DNA from: Lama glama | Taxonomy: Eukaryota | Direction of reading: 5' to 3' | Length of the DNA: 64,000 nucleotides | NCBI GenBank assembly: GCA_028534125.1 | Contig: CM052817.1 | Location: 91,452,001-91,516,000 of the forward strand | Part shown: one piece after another, positions 29,850-42,972 of the stretch | Layout: each line of letters starts with the position of its first letter | Position numbering within the stretch: position 1 is the first letter of the stretch | Translations under genes and position numbers: made by a program | Notes under the pieces: model-generated | What the model was told of the DNA's origin: nothing | The model's input: only the letters and a program-made list of their open reading frames with translations | Databases searched by the model: none

Positions 29850-30120
29850 TAATGTAGATTTTTCCTGAGCTTTTTATTAAGCACCTTCTAGGAAGATGTT
29901 ATACATGCTTTAGAAAATGGTGATGGCCATTTTATGAATTTCTCTAAGCAACAAAAGAAAAATACTGTTTATGTTACTCTTTCAAACGTTAAGCAAGAAT
30001 TTAACTAACTGGTCATTAGCTTTTAACGAGTTGAATTTCATGAATTTTACACGTAATATCTAATTTACCCAATACTATAAATTGTTAACTACAGTGCAGT
30101 GAACTGCTACTTAAAACATG

Positions 30121-31395
30121 TTTTTTTTTACTAAGATACAGTTGATTTACAGTGTTTTGTTAGTTTCAGGTATAAAGCAGAGTGATTCAGTTATACATAT
30201 ACATATATGTGTGTATGTATATGTAGATGTAGTTTCTTTTTTGGATTATTTTCCATTATAGGTTATTACAAAATATCGAGTATAGTTCTTCATTCTACAC
30301 AGTAGGTCTTTATTGTTTATTTTATATTTAGTAGTGTGTATATGTTAATCCCCAGATTCCTAATTTATCTGCCCTACCTTCCCCTTTGGTAACTATAGTT
30401 TGTTTGCTATGTCTGTGAGTCTTTCTTTTTGTAAATAAGTTCCTTTATTTTTTTTCCCTAAAACTCCACATGTGGAATTTTAATTTAATTTAATCATATA
30501 ATATTTGTCTTTCTGTGTCTTACTTCACTTATATGATAATCTGAAGGTCCATTCATGCTGCTGCAGATAGCATTTTTTCATTTTTTTTATGGCTGAGTAA
30601 TGTTTCGTTATATATATATATACCCCACATCTTTTTTATTCATTTATCTGTTGATGGGCATTTAGGTTGCTTTCATGTCTTGGCTATTGTAAATAGTAGA
30701 GCTATGAACATTGGGGTGCACATGTCTTTTTGTTAGTTTTCTCCATATTATGCCCAGGAGTGAGATCACTGGATTGTATGGTAATTCTATTTTTAGTCTT
30801 TTAAGGAATCTCCATAGTTCTCCTTAGTAGCTGCACCAGTTTATATTCCCACCAGCAGTGTGGGAGGGTTCCCTTTTCTCCATACCCTCTCCAGCATTTA
30901 TTATTTGTAGATTTAAAAAATTTAAAAAAAATTTGGGGGGTGGTTGTCTTTATTGGTTTGTTTGTTTATTTTAATGGAGTTACTGGGGATTGAACCCAAG
31001 ACCTTGTGCATGCTAGGCATGTGCTCTATCTTGAGCTATATCCTCCCTCCTTGGTTGGTTGGGTTTTTTGATATTAAGCTTTATGAGCTACTTGTGTATT
31101 TTGGAAATTAATCCTTTGTTGGTCTCATTGTTTGCAAATATTTTCTCCCATTCCATACATTATCTTTTCATTTTGTTTATGGTTTCCTTTTCTGTGCAAA
31201 AGCTTTTAAGTTTAATTAGGTCCCATTTGTTTATTTGTTGCAGTTTATGTCAAAGAGTGTTCTGCCTATATTTTCCTCTGGGAGTTTTAGAGTATCCAAT
31301 CTTACATTTAGGTCTTTAATCCATTCTGAGTTTATTTTTGTATATGGTGTTAGAGAATGTTCTAATTTCATTCTTTTACATGTGGCTGTCCAGTT
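30121..31395 (-). mobile_element. L1 3' end, antisense, with nested SINE
   Basis: Poly-T start then gttgatttac...ttagtttcaggtata...agtgattcagttata; continues into antisense ORF2 C-terminal sequence. Confidence 0.92.
30915..31050 (-). mobile_element. Vic-1-like SINE nested in L1
   Basis: tactggggattgaacccaagaccttgtgcatgctaggcat...gagctatatcctccc; no TSD seen. Confidence 0.85.
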
Positions 31396-31536
31396 AAACT
31401 GCTAATTTTATATTAGTGTTGGAACCTTACATTAGTGTTGGCCATCAGTTTTTCTAGTTATTTTTTCCTCTTAATAGTAATTTATAATTAACCTACTAAA
31501 AGATAAGTATTGCTTAAACATTAAAACTCAGCTTAG

Positions 31537-31678
31537 GAACTATTTTCAATATCTTGTAATAACCTATAATGATAAAAATATGAAAAAGAATATATATGTA
31601 TAACTGAATCTTTATGCTGTATAGCAAAAAATAACAACATTGTAAATCAACTATACTTCAATGAAAAATAAAATAAGA
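31537..31678 (+). mobile_element. 142-bp 5'-truncated L1 3' end with 15-bp TSD
   Basis: TAAAACTCAGCTTAG at 31522-31536 and 31679-31693; homologous to 8405-8545. Confidence 0.9.
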
Positions 31679-32404
31679 TAAAACTCAGCTTAGTGCACAT
31701 TTCATTGTCTTTTTTTCTTTATGTCAAGAGAAAAGATATTTCTGATGTGCTAAATTAACCTTTGGAGGTAAATTAGCAGCATGACTAATTTAGTCATTGC
31801 TGTCAGTCACCTTCAGACAAGGGGGTTGGGGGGAACTCAGCTTAGAATTAAACCAGTAAAATTGCTCAGTGACTTATCGTTTGACCAGTTTTTTACATAC
31901 CATTTTTATGGCAAGGTATCAGGATGTGTAGGGAGAAATCTTCCTTATATAATTATTTGGGAAAGGATCTCAGAATAAAAGTGACTCTGGCATGCAGAAA
32001 GATAAAAGTTAATTGTTTGTCCACATATTTTGTGACTTAGTCATAGCAAAAATGTTACAGGCTTTGGGGCATGAAAAATATGTCAGATTTTTTTCCTCAG
32101 TCCTGAGTTTATTCCTCTTCTGAGGTTATGGTTGGTTATTTTTTGTATCCTTCCTCCTGCTAAAGACCTTTAGATTCTTTTGTTACTTTTTAATTAAATT
32201 TTTCTTATTGCCTAAGAACAGTTTAGAAGTTTCTAAGGACACACACTGAAGCCCTTGCACAGAGTTTACTTGAATCTCTGTTTACCTATTGTTGCTTCTT
32301 CACCTAGAAAGAAAATGCCAGTGAGAATCTACAGTGAGAAGCTGTGATCCCCTGGCTTCTCTTGTTTACCTTCCTGTTATTCCTCCTGTCTTTCACCTCT
32401 TCTT

Positions 32405-34110
32405 CAGCTGATTTCTGTATGTTAATCCTGTATCTACCTTGACAAATTGTTTTATTAGCGCTAGTAGTTTTTTGTGTGGAGCTTTTAGGGGTTTTTATAT
32501 ATAGTATCATGTCATCAGCATATAGTGACAGTTTTACCTCTTCTCTTCCAATTTTGATCCCTTTTTATTTCTTTTTCTTGCCTGATTGCTGTGGCTAGGA
32601 CTTCCAAAACGATGTTGAATATAAGTGGTGAGAGTGGGCATCCTTGTCTTGTTCCAGATTTTAGTGGGGAGGCTTTCAGTTTTTCATCATTGAGTATTAT
32701 GCTGGCTGTGGGTTTGTCATACATAGCTTTTATTATGTTGAGATATGTTCCCTCTATACCCATTTTGGTAAGAGGTTTTTTTTTTTATCATAAATGGGTA
32801 TTGAATTTTATCAAATGCTTTTTCTGCATTTGTTTCAATGGCCATGTGATTTTTGTCCTTTCTTTTGTTGATGTGGTGTATCACATTGATTTGGCTTCAT
32901 AGAATGAGTTTGGAAGTATTCCCTTCTTTTCAGTCTTTTGGAAGAGTTTGGGAATGATCAGTATGAGTTCTTCTCTGTATGTGTGTTAGAATTCCCCAGT
33001 GAAGCTGTCTGGTCCTAGACTTTTGTTTGTAGGGAGGTTTTTTTATTGCTGATTCCATCTAATTTCTAGTTATTGGTCTGTTCAAGTGCTCTGTTTCTTC
33101 TTGATTCAGTCTTGGTGGGCTGTATGTTTCCAGAAACTTGTCCATTTCTTCTGAGTTGTCCAGTTTGTTCTCATATAGTTGTTTATAGTGTTCTCTTACA
33201 GTTTTTTATATTTCTATAGTATTGGTTATAATTTCTCCATTTTCCTGTCTTATTTTGTTTATTTGTGTTCTTTCTCTTTTCTTCTTAGTGAGCCTGGCCG
33301 TTGTCAATTTTGTTTACTCTTTCAAAAAAGCAGTTCTTGGTTTAATTGATTTTTTTCTTTTCTTTTTTTTTTTTAATCTCTATTTTCTTTATTTCCTCCC
33401 TGATCTTTATTATTTCCTTCTTTCTGCTGACTTTAGGTTTTGTTTGCTCTTCTTTTCCTAATTCTTTTAAGTGATAGGTTAGGTTGTTTACTTGAGATTG
33501 TTCTTGTTTTTTGAGGAAGGCCTGTATCGCTATGAACTTCCCTCTTAGGACTGCTTTTGCTGCATCCCATAGATTTTGTGTGATTGTGTTTTCATTGTCA
33601 TTTGTCTCAGAGTATTTTTTAGTTTCTTCTTTGATTTCATTGTTGACCCATTGGTTTTTTAATAGCGTGTTGTTTACTTTTCATGCAGTTGTTTTTTTCT
33701 CCTTTGTTTTTCTGTGATTGGTTTCTAGTTTCACAGCATTGTGGTCAGAAAAGATGCTTGAAATAATTTCTATCCTCTTAAATTTGTTGAGGCTTCCTTT
33801 GTGCCCAAGTGTATGATCTATTCTAGAGAATGTTCCATGCACACCTGAAAAGAATATATATTTTGTTTTTCGGAGAATGTAATGTCCTAAAAATATCAAC
33901 CAAGTCCAATTGTTCGGTTGTGCCATTTAGTATCTCCGTTGCCTTATTGATTTTCTGTCTGGAAGATCAGTCTAATGATGTTAATGAGGTGTTAACATCT
34001 CCTACTATATGTTCCCATCAGTTTCTCCCTTTATGTCTGTTAGTATTTGCTTAATATATTTAGGTGCTTTATATATTGGGTACATAAATGTTAAGTGTAA
34101 TATCCTCATC
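32405..34110 (-). mobile_element. L1 ORF2 fragment (EN to RT)
   Basis: Minus ORFs with [21 protein letters not shown] and HGTFSRIDHTLG...IFSDHN. Confidence 0.95.
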
Positions 34111-34285
34111 CCACTTCTTCAGATTATGCAAATAATACACAATTAACTATCACTGTACAGAGTTGAAACAACTCAGAAAAATACCTAGCAAATGTGAAGA
34201 TCCCCTTTCAGTTTTCTCCTACCCAAAGATTACCTCTTTTCAAAGGGTATCCCTATGAAATGTTCAATTTTCTAGGTGTACAATG

Positions 34286-34414
34286 TTTTTTTGAGCAGGG
34301 TAGGTAATTAGGTTTACTTATTTGTTTAATTTTTGGAGGTGGTGCTGGGGATTGAACCCAGGACCTTGTGTACACTAAGCATGTGCTCTACCACTTGAGC
34401 TATATCGTTCCCCC
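34286..34414 (-). mobile_element. Vic-1-like SINE
   Basis: ggtaattaggttta...ggggattgaacccaggacc...ctaccacttgagctata. Confidence 0.88.
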
Positions 34415-35439
34415 TATTTTGCCTTCTAATTTGTATGTTAGTTTGGCTGGGTAGAGTTTTCTAGATTCAGATGTTATTTTCTGTGTATGCACATATATAC
34501 ATGTATACACATACATATACACCGACCCACACTCTAGCATGGTAGAATTTTCCTCTGGCTCTGTCCTCCAGGTTCTTGGTTCTACCTTCTGAATCATCCT
34601 TTTTTTATCTTGAAAGTTAGCATCTGTTTGCAGCTAAGTAGTTTTAAAATCTGCTTCTCAAATTTTCAGACTCTAAAGACTCTAATTTTATACTCTCACA
34701 GCACCTTTAATGTTCTCTTAATGGAACCCTTCATCACTTCTTTCTCATTCTAATTGATAGAAATGGGTCACTAGGTATAACCTATACTTGAGTAGGGGGA
34801 GGGGAATCAAAGACTCAGTTTTTTTTTTTTTGTAAAGAGTTTTTTTTATTGTGTAACATAATTTAAGTCAATAAATTTTTTAAGAATTTCACACATGTTC
34901 TGATTCTTCCCATTGCCCATCAACCCTTAGTTCCTCCAATGCCTGAGTCATATAATCTTCAAGGCAGCCCTTTCAATAATTTTTGGTCAATCAACAGTTG
35001 TCAGTCAGCCCATAATTCTTTTAGTTGGGCTTCTTTGATTTCCAGTGGAACATGAGCACACTTCAGAAACAACTCACCTGTAATCTTTGGGATCCAATTT
35101 TCTCAAGCAGTTTACTTCAGGACTATTATGTATTTGGGGTCAGGGAAGATTGATCTGCCTGGTTGTGAATTTTAGACACCCTCTAAATATGCATTAAGTT
35201 CATTTACTCCTAAGCTTATCACACCCTAGAACAGTACTGATCATTGCCAATACCTAAGATAAAAAAGTCTTACTGTTAGGTTTTTCATAGTTTATTTAGC
35301 AGCTCTGTCTTGTAGTTCTTTCCACAGATCTAACATGTAGTTCTGTGAGTAAAGGAAACCACATTGTTACTCTGTGAGGCGTTTCCAATGATGCAGTTCT
35401 CCGGAAAAAGCCCCATCGGGATAGACCTCAACCAAAGAC

Positions 35440-37281
35440 TCATTTTTAACTGCCGTGTTCTGCATTCTGGACACAAATAACTTCCATTATTCTTTCATGC
35501 AAAATATACTTGCCCCTCCTAAGGCCTCCAAAAGTCTCATCCTATTACAGCATTAGCTCAAAATCCAGAGTGTTTTATAAATGAGGCGCAGGTACTAACG
35601 AGATTTCTTGAATATGGTTCGTAATATAGCTCTTCAAGTAGAGTTCTTATTATGAAATGTGTGAACCAAGGAGACAATTTACTTATTCAGTATAAAGTGG
35701 TCAGAATGGAAAAGGGCACCCACTGTAGACGTTCTTTTTCAAAAAAGGGTGGTGAGGAGAGACTGGAGGCACACAGGAGTTACTGGTTCATGTCAATTCT
35801 CAAGTCCAGTTGGGTACAGGTTAGCAATTCTTTGATGAGGACTCGAGACCTAGAAATAATTCTTTATGGCTCTTGGCTCTGTTGTCTGGGTTCTTGGTTC
35901 CACTTCTGAATCATCCTTTTTTCTTGAAAGTTAGCATTTGTTTGCTGCTAAGTAGTTTTTTAATCTGCTTCCAAAAATTTGGGGGGTCTAATGGATTCTT
36001 TTCGTTTCCTACTGTCTCTGCTACTTTCATTCCAGATTTGCTATGTGTCTGCCATTATAATTCTCTTTAGAATTTTATGGCTCTTTTGTGAATCTTACTG
36101 AATTCACATGCACAGATATCCTTGTCTACCTTGAGCTTTTGCTGAGAGGACAAATATTTCTAAGTTTCTTAAAAGGTCTTTTGTCTGATTGAGAGGATCT
36201 GTGAGGCACACCCTTAAAATTTTTCAGAGAGCCTTTTGTTTGACTAGTCACTGAGGCACCATCTTTCTGAGTCTGAGTCCTAACAAAAGATTTTAAAGCC
36301 AAACTCTCCACTTTCCCATTTGACATGTTTTCCTGGCAATGCTCTGGATTTGATCTTTGCTTGGCAGCCACTTCTGGAGAGGCTGAGAATTTTCAAAACG
36401 GTCAAGTCTCTCCTCCTTCCTTTAGTTTCTTTCTCTTGCATTTTTAACTACAAGCAGCAAGAGGAATGAGGTTCCACCTTTGAACTCCCACCCCTTCCTT
36501 TTGGCCTGGAAATCCCCCTAGCTGGATGGCCCAGTTCTTTGGTACATTTTATAAGCGATGCTAAGCTGTCTGCCTCTACGTAACTATAACGTGTTCCTCA
36601 CTTTACTTTGAGCCCTCACTTTAAGCCTCTTCAAAATCTATATATCTCTTAATAGTCTGAGGCTCTTTAAGCCTCCATTAATGCTCTTCTCCAAGGTTTC
36701 CACCTTTTGCCAATCTGGTTTCAGAGCCATTCCCCCATGTTAGGTTTTTATTGCAGCAGCACCCCACTTTCAGGCATCAAAATCTATGTTGGTTATCTGT
36801 TGCTGCATAACAAATTACTTACACTTTGTGGCTTTATACAAACATTTATTTCCTAGAGTTACTGTGGGCCAGGAACTCAGAAATCACCTAACTGTATGAT
36901 TGGAAAGACAGTCTCTGTCAGGAGGTTGAAGTCAAGATGTCAGCCAAGGCACCTGAAGGATTGACCTAGGTTGGAGGATCTGCTTCCATGATGGCTTAAT
37001 CTCAAGGCCAGAGGCCTGTTATTGACCACATGGATCTTTTCATAAGGTGGTTTGGGTTTCTTTACAACATGATAGCTGGCTTCCTCTGAGTGATCCAGGG
37101 GAAAGCAAGGAGGAATCCACAGTGCTTTTATGTCCTAATCTTGGATGTCCTATACTTGTCATTTCTGCCATATTTTATTAGTTAGAAATGAGTCAGTAAG
37201 TATAACCCACGTTTAAGGGAAGGGGAAATAGGCTTTACTTTGGAAGGGAAGAATTTGTGGGTATGTTTTAAAATCACCACA
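35440..37281 (-). mobile_element. MaLR (MLT1-type) element: internal region ~35440-36784 plus LTR 36785-37281
   Basis: Int/LTR junction gcagcagcaccccactttcaggcatcaaaatc|tatgttggttatctgttgctgcataacaaattac; LTR ends aaatcaccaca. Confidence 0.75.
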
Positions 37282-37966
37282 GTGTTAGAATGACTATTTT
37301 CATTTCTCATTATTAACAGATATTTTCCAAATAAATATTGATTGAACATATAGCTTTCAGATTTATTGCTCTAAGTCGAAACAGTACAGATTTTCCACTT
37401 TGTTATAGCATTTTTCTCAGCTCAAGGGATATTGTTAATTTTTAATGTCAAAATTTTAATTTACCATATAGTTACCCATTATTCCATCAGCAAATATTTG
37501 AGTGTTTTCTGTGTGATTTGGTATGTTGCTAGGCCTAGAGAATACAGAGGTTATGGGTAAGACAAGGTCTTTCCTAGCAAGAAACTCACAGTCTAAGTGA
37601 GAAGACAGATGTATAAACAAAGTACTGTGACAAGCAGAATATCTGAGGCATGTGGCAGCACTGTTCAACAAGATTAGAAAAGGCATGACTAAGAGAAAGC
37701 ATAGTATATAATGCTGTAGAGGTATGAAGTAGCTTGTTATATTACTGGAATTGCAAGTAGTTTAATATCTTTACAGGAACTCATGCTTTTGTGCTTTGCT
37801 GTTGCCATAGCAGGTTTCCACCTGGTTTAAAAATTTTTTTTGAAGATATTACAGTGTTTTTCTGTCAAATGTAGCACTGTTAAAAGGCAAGGTACACATA
37901 GGTACATGAACATGGGTAACATGAAATATTTTTCATGGGAGTTTGTATGGACATACTACATAGTAA

Positions 37967-38236
<270 letters not shown>

Positions 38237-38439
38237 TAGCACAGTTGAGTAAAAAATTCCATGACCGGATATTGTCATTTTATATGGTCTTATTCAGCTA
38301 ACTCGATCATAGATTTTAGAGTAAAAAGTCATTTTAAATGTTAGTATTCTCTCTCTCTTTCCTTCTCTCTCTCTCTTTCTTTTTTTCGCATTTAAAACTT
38401 GAAATAGTGATTCTAATTCAGAGTTATCTAGTATGATAC

Positions 38440-38650
38440 AGTAGAAGGTTTTGGCTTTTGAGTCATTCTGATCTGGGTCCACATATTAGCTCTTACACTT
38501 CACTGTGTATCTTGGACACTTTGTCTAACCTCTCTGATGATTTTCTTAACTATAAAATGGGACTAGAAAAAATCTCTACTGGGCAGAGATGTTAGGACTA
38601 GAGAAAATACGTGTAAAGAATATAGTGTCTGTTATACACGGCAGCATTCA
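38440..38650 (+). mobile_element. MIR SINE
   Basis: ggcttttgagtca...ctgtgtatcttggaca...aacctctctga...tataaaatggga. Confidence 0.65.
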
Positions 38651-40050
38651 AGTTTTTGTATCAAATAGCCTAAATTGAGCTTGTGAGTTCTAAGTGTGCA
38701 TCTCTCACACTTAGCCATGTTGTTAGTTTACAGTATTTCTTTATTGTACTTGCTGTTTGACCTAATGTCTTAAAAATCCATAAATATTTTTCCCCCAAGC
38801 CAAAATCTTACCTGCCATTTTAAAGTGTTAAGTTGAAATCAAGGTATTTATTATCACATGAATCATTTTGATTAATAACATAAGCACTTTTCTTCTGGCC
38901 TTTGACATCCTCCTACTTCATGTGAAAATAATTGCATAATTTACTAGGTTAAAACAATATAGTAATAAACACCTTGTTGTAGAGTTCAGTTTTAGCCTCA
39001 GTAGTAACTCAATTCAGAAATTCAAAATTCAAAATCATTTACTGCTTTATAATTAAGGAAAGTTATAATGCCCAATGAATAGAGTTAGAAAATATTTTTG
39101 GAATTACACCAGAGCAGATGGACAGTAATGTCTCATAGCAGTATTGTTATCGGTAAGAACTGTAGAGAAATGTAGCTTGGATTTCACAAAGATATATTGA
39201 CAAATAATTGTGTACTTTTCAGGAACAAATACCTTTTTATTGTTGGGAGTTTATTGGAAGAATATACAGGGATGTGAAGAAGCATAGAAAATTGACCTTT
39301 CAGGCCTCATGGAGAATTGCAAAAATTACTTAGGGATAATACCACCTTTTCCATCTTTATGACTTTTTTTTTTCTTTCCTATTACCACTTTTACCACTGT
39401 CACTGACTGCCACCATCATCCTTTCCACTTGCTTTCTCTCTGTCCCATGACTTGACTTAATGACTTTTTTCTTACAATGCTTCATATCTTGCATTAGAGT
39501 TCTTAGAGAGGTTTGGTTTTAGTCACAGTCTAATAAGGAGTATCCCATTGAGCAGAATTCTTGTACCAGTTCTCCTTACATATTATCATGTTTTCATTGT
39601 GTCTAGCCTATAATGGCTGCTTTATTGCCATATGTCAAGTTGAAGTCTAATTATTTGTAGCTGAATGGTTGTACAATCATGCCTGCAGACAGTGCTTCTG
39701 ACTGCTTTATTTGGGAGGAGCCTAGTGGAAGACACCCAGTGTCATGGACTGCTATTCGCTATATACCATTCTTACCTGTTAGGTTCATCACCCTTCTCTT
39801 CCTAGGATAACTGCCTCTAAGTTGCTCCCATCTAATAGCATTCACACTCACCCATATCCCGTATCCCATGTGGTGGCAATGCCAAATTATACCAAGCTGT
39901 CGTAACCAGGAGTGGCATTATAAGCTATTTAAAAAACTGCCTGCCAATTCTGGGTCTAGAGTCTATAGTTCCTTTTTTTTGTGATTCTATATTTCGGCAT
40001 TCTTCCACGTGATAAATGGTGAATTTAGTTCATCAGTTCAGGATAATTTA

Positions 40051-40199
40051 TTTTTTATTTATTTATTTATTAAAAAATTTTTTTTAAATCTTAGACTTGT
40101 GCTTTGTTTTTTCTTGGTGGAAGGGAGCTAGTTAGGTTTACTTAGTTTATTTAATGGAGGTACTAGGGATTGAACCCAGGACGTCGTGCATGCTAAACA
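40051..40199 (-). mobile_element. 5'-truncated Vic-1-like SINE
   Basis: 11-bp TSD AGGATAATTTA at 40040-40050 and 40200-40210; A box missing. Confidence 0.85.
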
Positions 40200-41179
40200 A
40201 GGATAATTTAAATAATATGAAAGCATTGTTAAGTTAGCAGTTATTCTAATTAAGAAACAGAGGAGGAAAACAGGAAGAGGTTTAGTTAGTGAGTTTAATA
40301 CTGAGTAAACTGAGTATAAATCTGAAGGCTTGGTGGAATCTGTATTGCTTGTTTCTCCAGCTTACGAGAAGTTCTCTCCTATATGATCTATCCTATGTAA
40401 CTCCTTGTCTTCAGTCCGCATTCATCTCAACTGCATTTTTCTTCCTCTTATGCACACACGTGTTCCTTACCAAGGGTAATTAACTGTCTGTATAGTGTTT
40501 AATAGTTTTAAACTTTTTGTTGCTATGTTGGGAGTATAGGGAGATATACTCCTATACAACATATTTTTAACACTCAGATATCAGGTCAGTTTATAAATTT
40601 TAAAATTGCATATTAAAAAATGCCTTTGTAAATGTCTTAAATTGCTCATCAACACAATGCAGTTCTATTCTACATCTGTTTAACTTAGGTACATTTAAAT
40701 CTTCATGACCGGATGTATTTTTTTTTTTTTTTTTTTGAGAGAGAGACAGAAAAGAGTATGCTTAATGCTGGCAGTTACATCCAGTACTCTTCAGTACTCC
40801 ACTCTAGGTGAACATAAGACACCACCTGAGTTTGAGACGGGGAAGGTGTGACTGCCATTTGCTTATTAGTCCATCTCAGTTCTTGTGTGCCTCTCATAGT
40901 ATGATTATCTTACTACAATGATTGTGATTTTGGTACTTATGTATATGGTTTTCATACACATAATGCAAACTAAAGATAGTATATATTCACATCTATATCT
41001 ACTTGTCTGTCTTTATAACTTCAGAGATTTTCAACGGTAGTTTTGATTTTTTTTTTAATCTTTAAGCACTGATTGTAGAACCTCATCCCTATTTATGTTT
41101 TTGTTTATATAACCCAGTACTGCATTTTGTATATGTAAATGTAGAATGTAGTCAGCTTTATTGTGGTTATGTACGTATA

Positions 41180-41299
41180 TATATTTGGTGGGGGGGTTGG
41201 TGATTAGGTTTATTTATTTTTTAATGGAGGTGCTAGGGATTGAACCCAGGACCTTGTGCATGCTAAGCATGCGCTCTACCACTGAGCTGTACCTTCCTC
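41180..41299 (-). mobile_element. Vic-1-like SINE
   Basis: Full head; 16-bp TSD with 2 mismatches (41164-41179, 41300-41315). Confidence 0.9.
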
Positions 41300-42813
41300 T
41301 GGTTAAGTACATATACTTTAAACACTTAGATTTAGCTTGACAAAATCTTAACCTATGAGGGGCACACAGAAACATATGGGGACAGGAGTTCCAGATCTCA
41401 AGGGTTGGGGAGGTGGGGCATAGCATATGTTTTCATTTATTAGAATTGCAAACAGAATTAATTTCTCTCTTTTCTCTTTCCAAGTTCAAATACTTAATTT
41501 CAGTAAGTGTAATGCTGGTATTGCTTCAGCATCCCAGTATTCCTTTTTGTTTCCATTTTATTAATACCAGCTATATCTCCCTGTAATAAATTATCCTAGT
41601 CAGTCCTCATTTCAGTTTCTACCTCTTGAGAAACGGAAAGCTTGATAGAGCTGGGTGGCAATTTCAGTTTCCAGTTCTCTACCTTCCCCTGATAACCATT
41701 TCTCCCCTGTATACCACAAATTCCAACTCAGTAGAACATAGAGTCATGAGAATAAGAAGCAAAGTATTTACAAATGTATGAGAAAGGCATACTTATGAGA
41801 ACCCTGTTTTCTTCTCTGTCTCTTGATATCTCCGGCTATTAGAGTGATATTGCCATATATTGATTTCTGGTTTAGAGCATGTATCCTTGAGAATAATACT
41901 AGCTGCTTTACATACCAGAACAAGGTAAATCCTATAGATACCACCCATTGCTTAACTTGGTTTGTTTGTTTGTTTTTGTTTTTAAATGCTGTGAAATAAT
42001 TTCTTTGGCTAGAATCTGTGTTGGCAAAACCAGTTACTGTACTGGCCAAGGCACATTGGACAGATGTAGGATATCTGAGTTCCACGAGGGTTAACTATTG
42101 TTGCCTCTACGGTGAGAGAAGGCAAATACAGGACTCAGATGTTCAGTGCTCTTGTGACAAATATAGTATTGTTTCTTACCTTCACGCCAGTCTACAGAGA
42201 ATAGTTTTGTCTCAATATTCAGTCTCGGAGTAGGACAGTAGCACAATTATGTAGTAAACATTACACTTGCCCAGTAATGATTACAAGTATGTAATTAATT
42301 AATACATTTATATACTTAATAAAGAGTGGTAGAGACAGTTCTATAAATGTAAATCTTTTCAAATGCTGTCTCACCAATAGTGTGGCATTTGAATAAATAA
42401 GGATTTCTATAGAATTTGTAGTGGAACAAAGCAACAGAGAATGAATATTGTACTTGTTTAAAGAGCTTGGTCATACTCAGCATTCACTCATTCTTTAATG
42501 TTCTTTACAGTTCTTACCCCTTTCCATCCTGTTTCACATCCCCCTGCCTTTTTTCTCCCTTGGCTATCTTACCTGTTTCTCTTACTTTCTTTTCCTGGTT
42601 CTATTTTATCTTCTTTACTTTAGATAATGTATAATCTCTATGGTTAAAAACCAGTGAGGAGTTTAGAATCCCTTTAGATAATGGGAGGGTAAAATATGAA
42701 AGTATTTTTGGGTGATTGGTAAGTGATTTAAAAAAGTGTTTTTAGTAGAAAGAGTAATTTACATCCCCTGAAAACCTTGTTTCCATTTGTAAAATATCTT
42801 TTATTTTTGTTAG

Positions 42814-42972
<159 letters not shown>

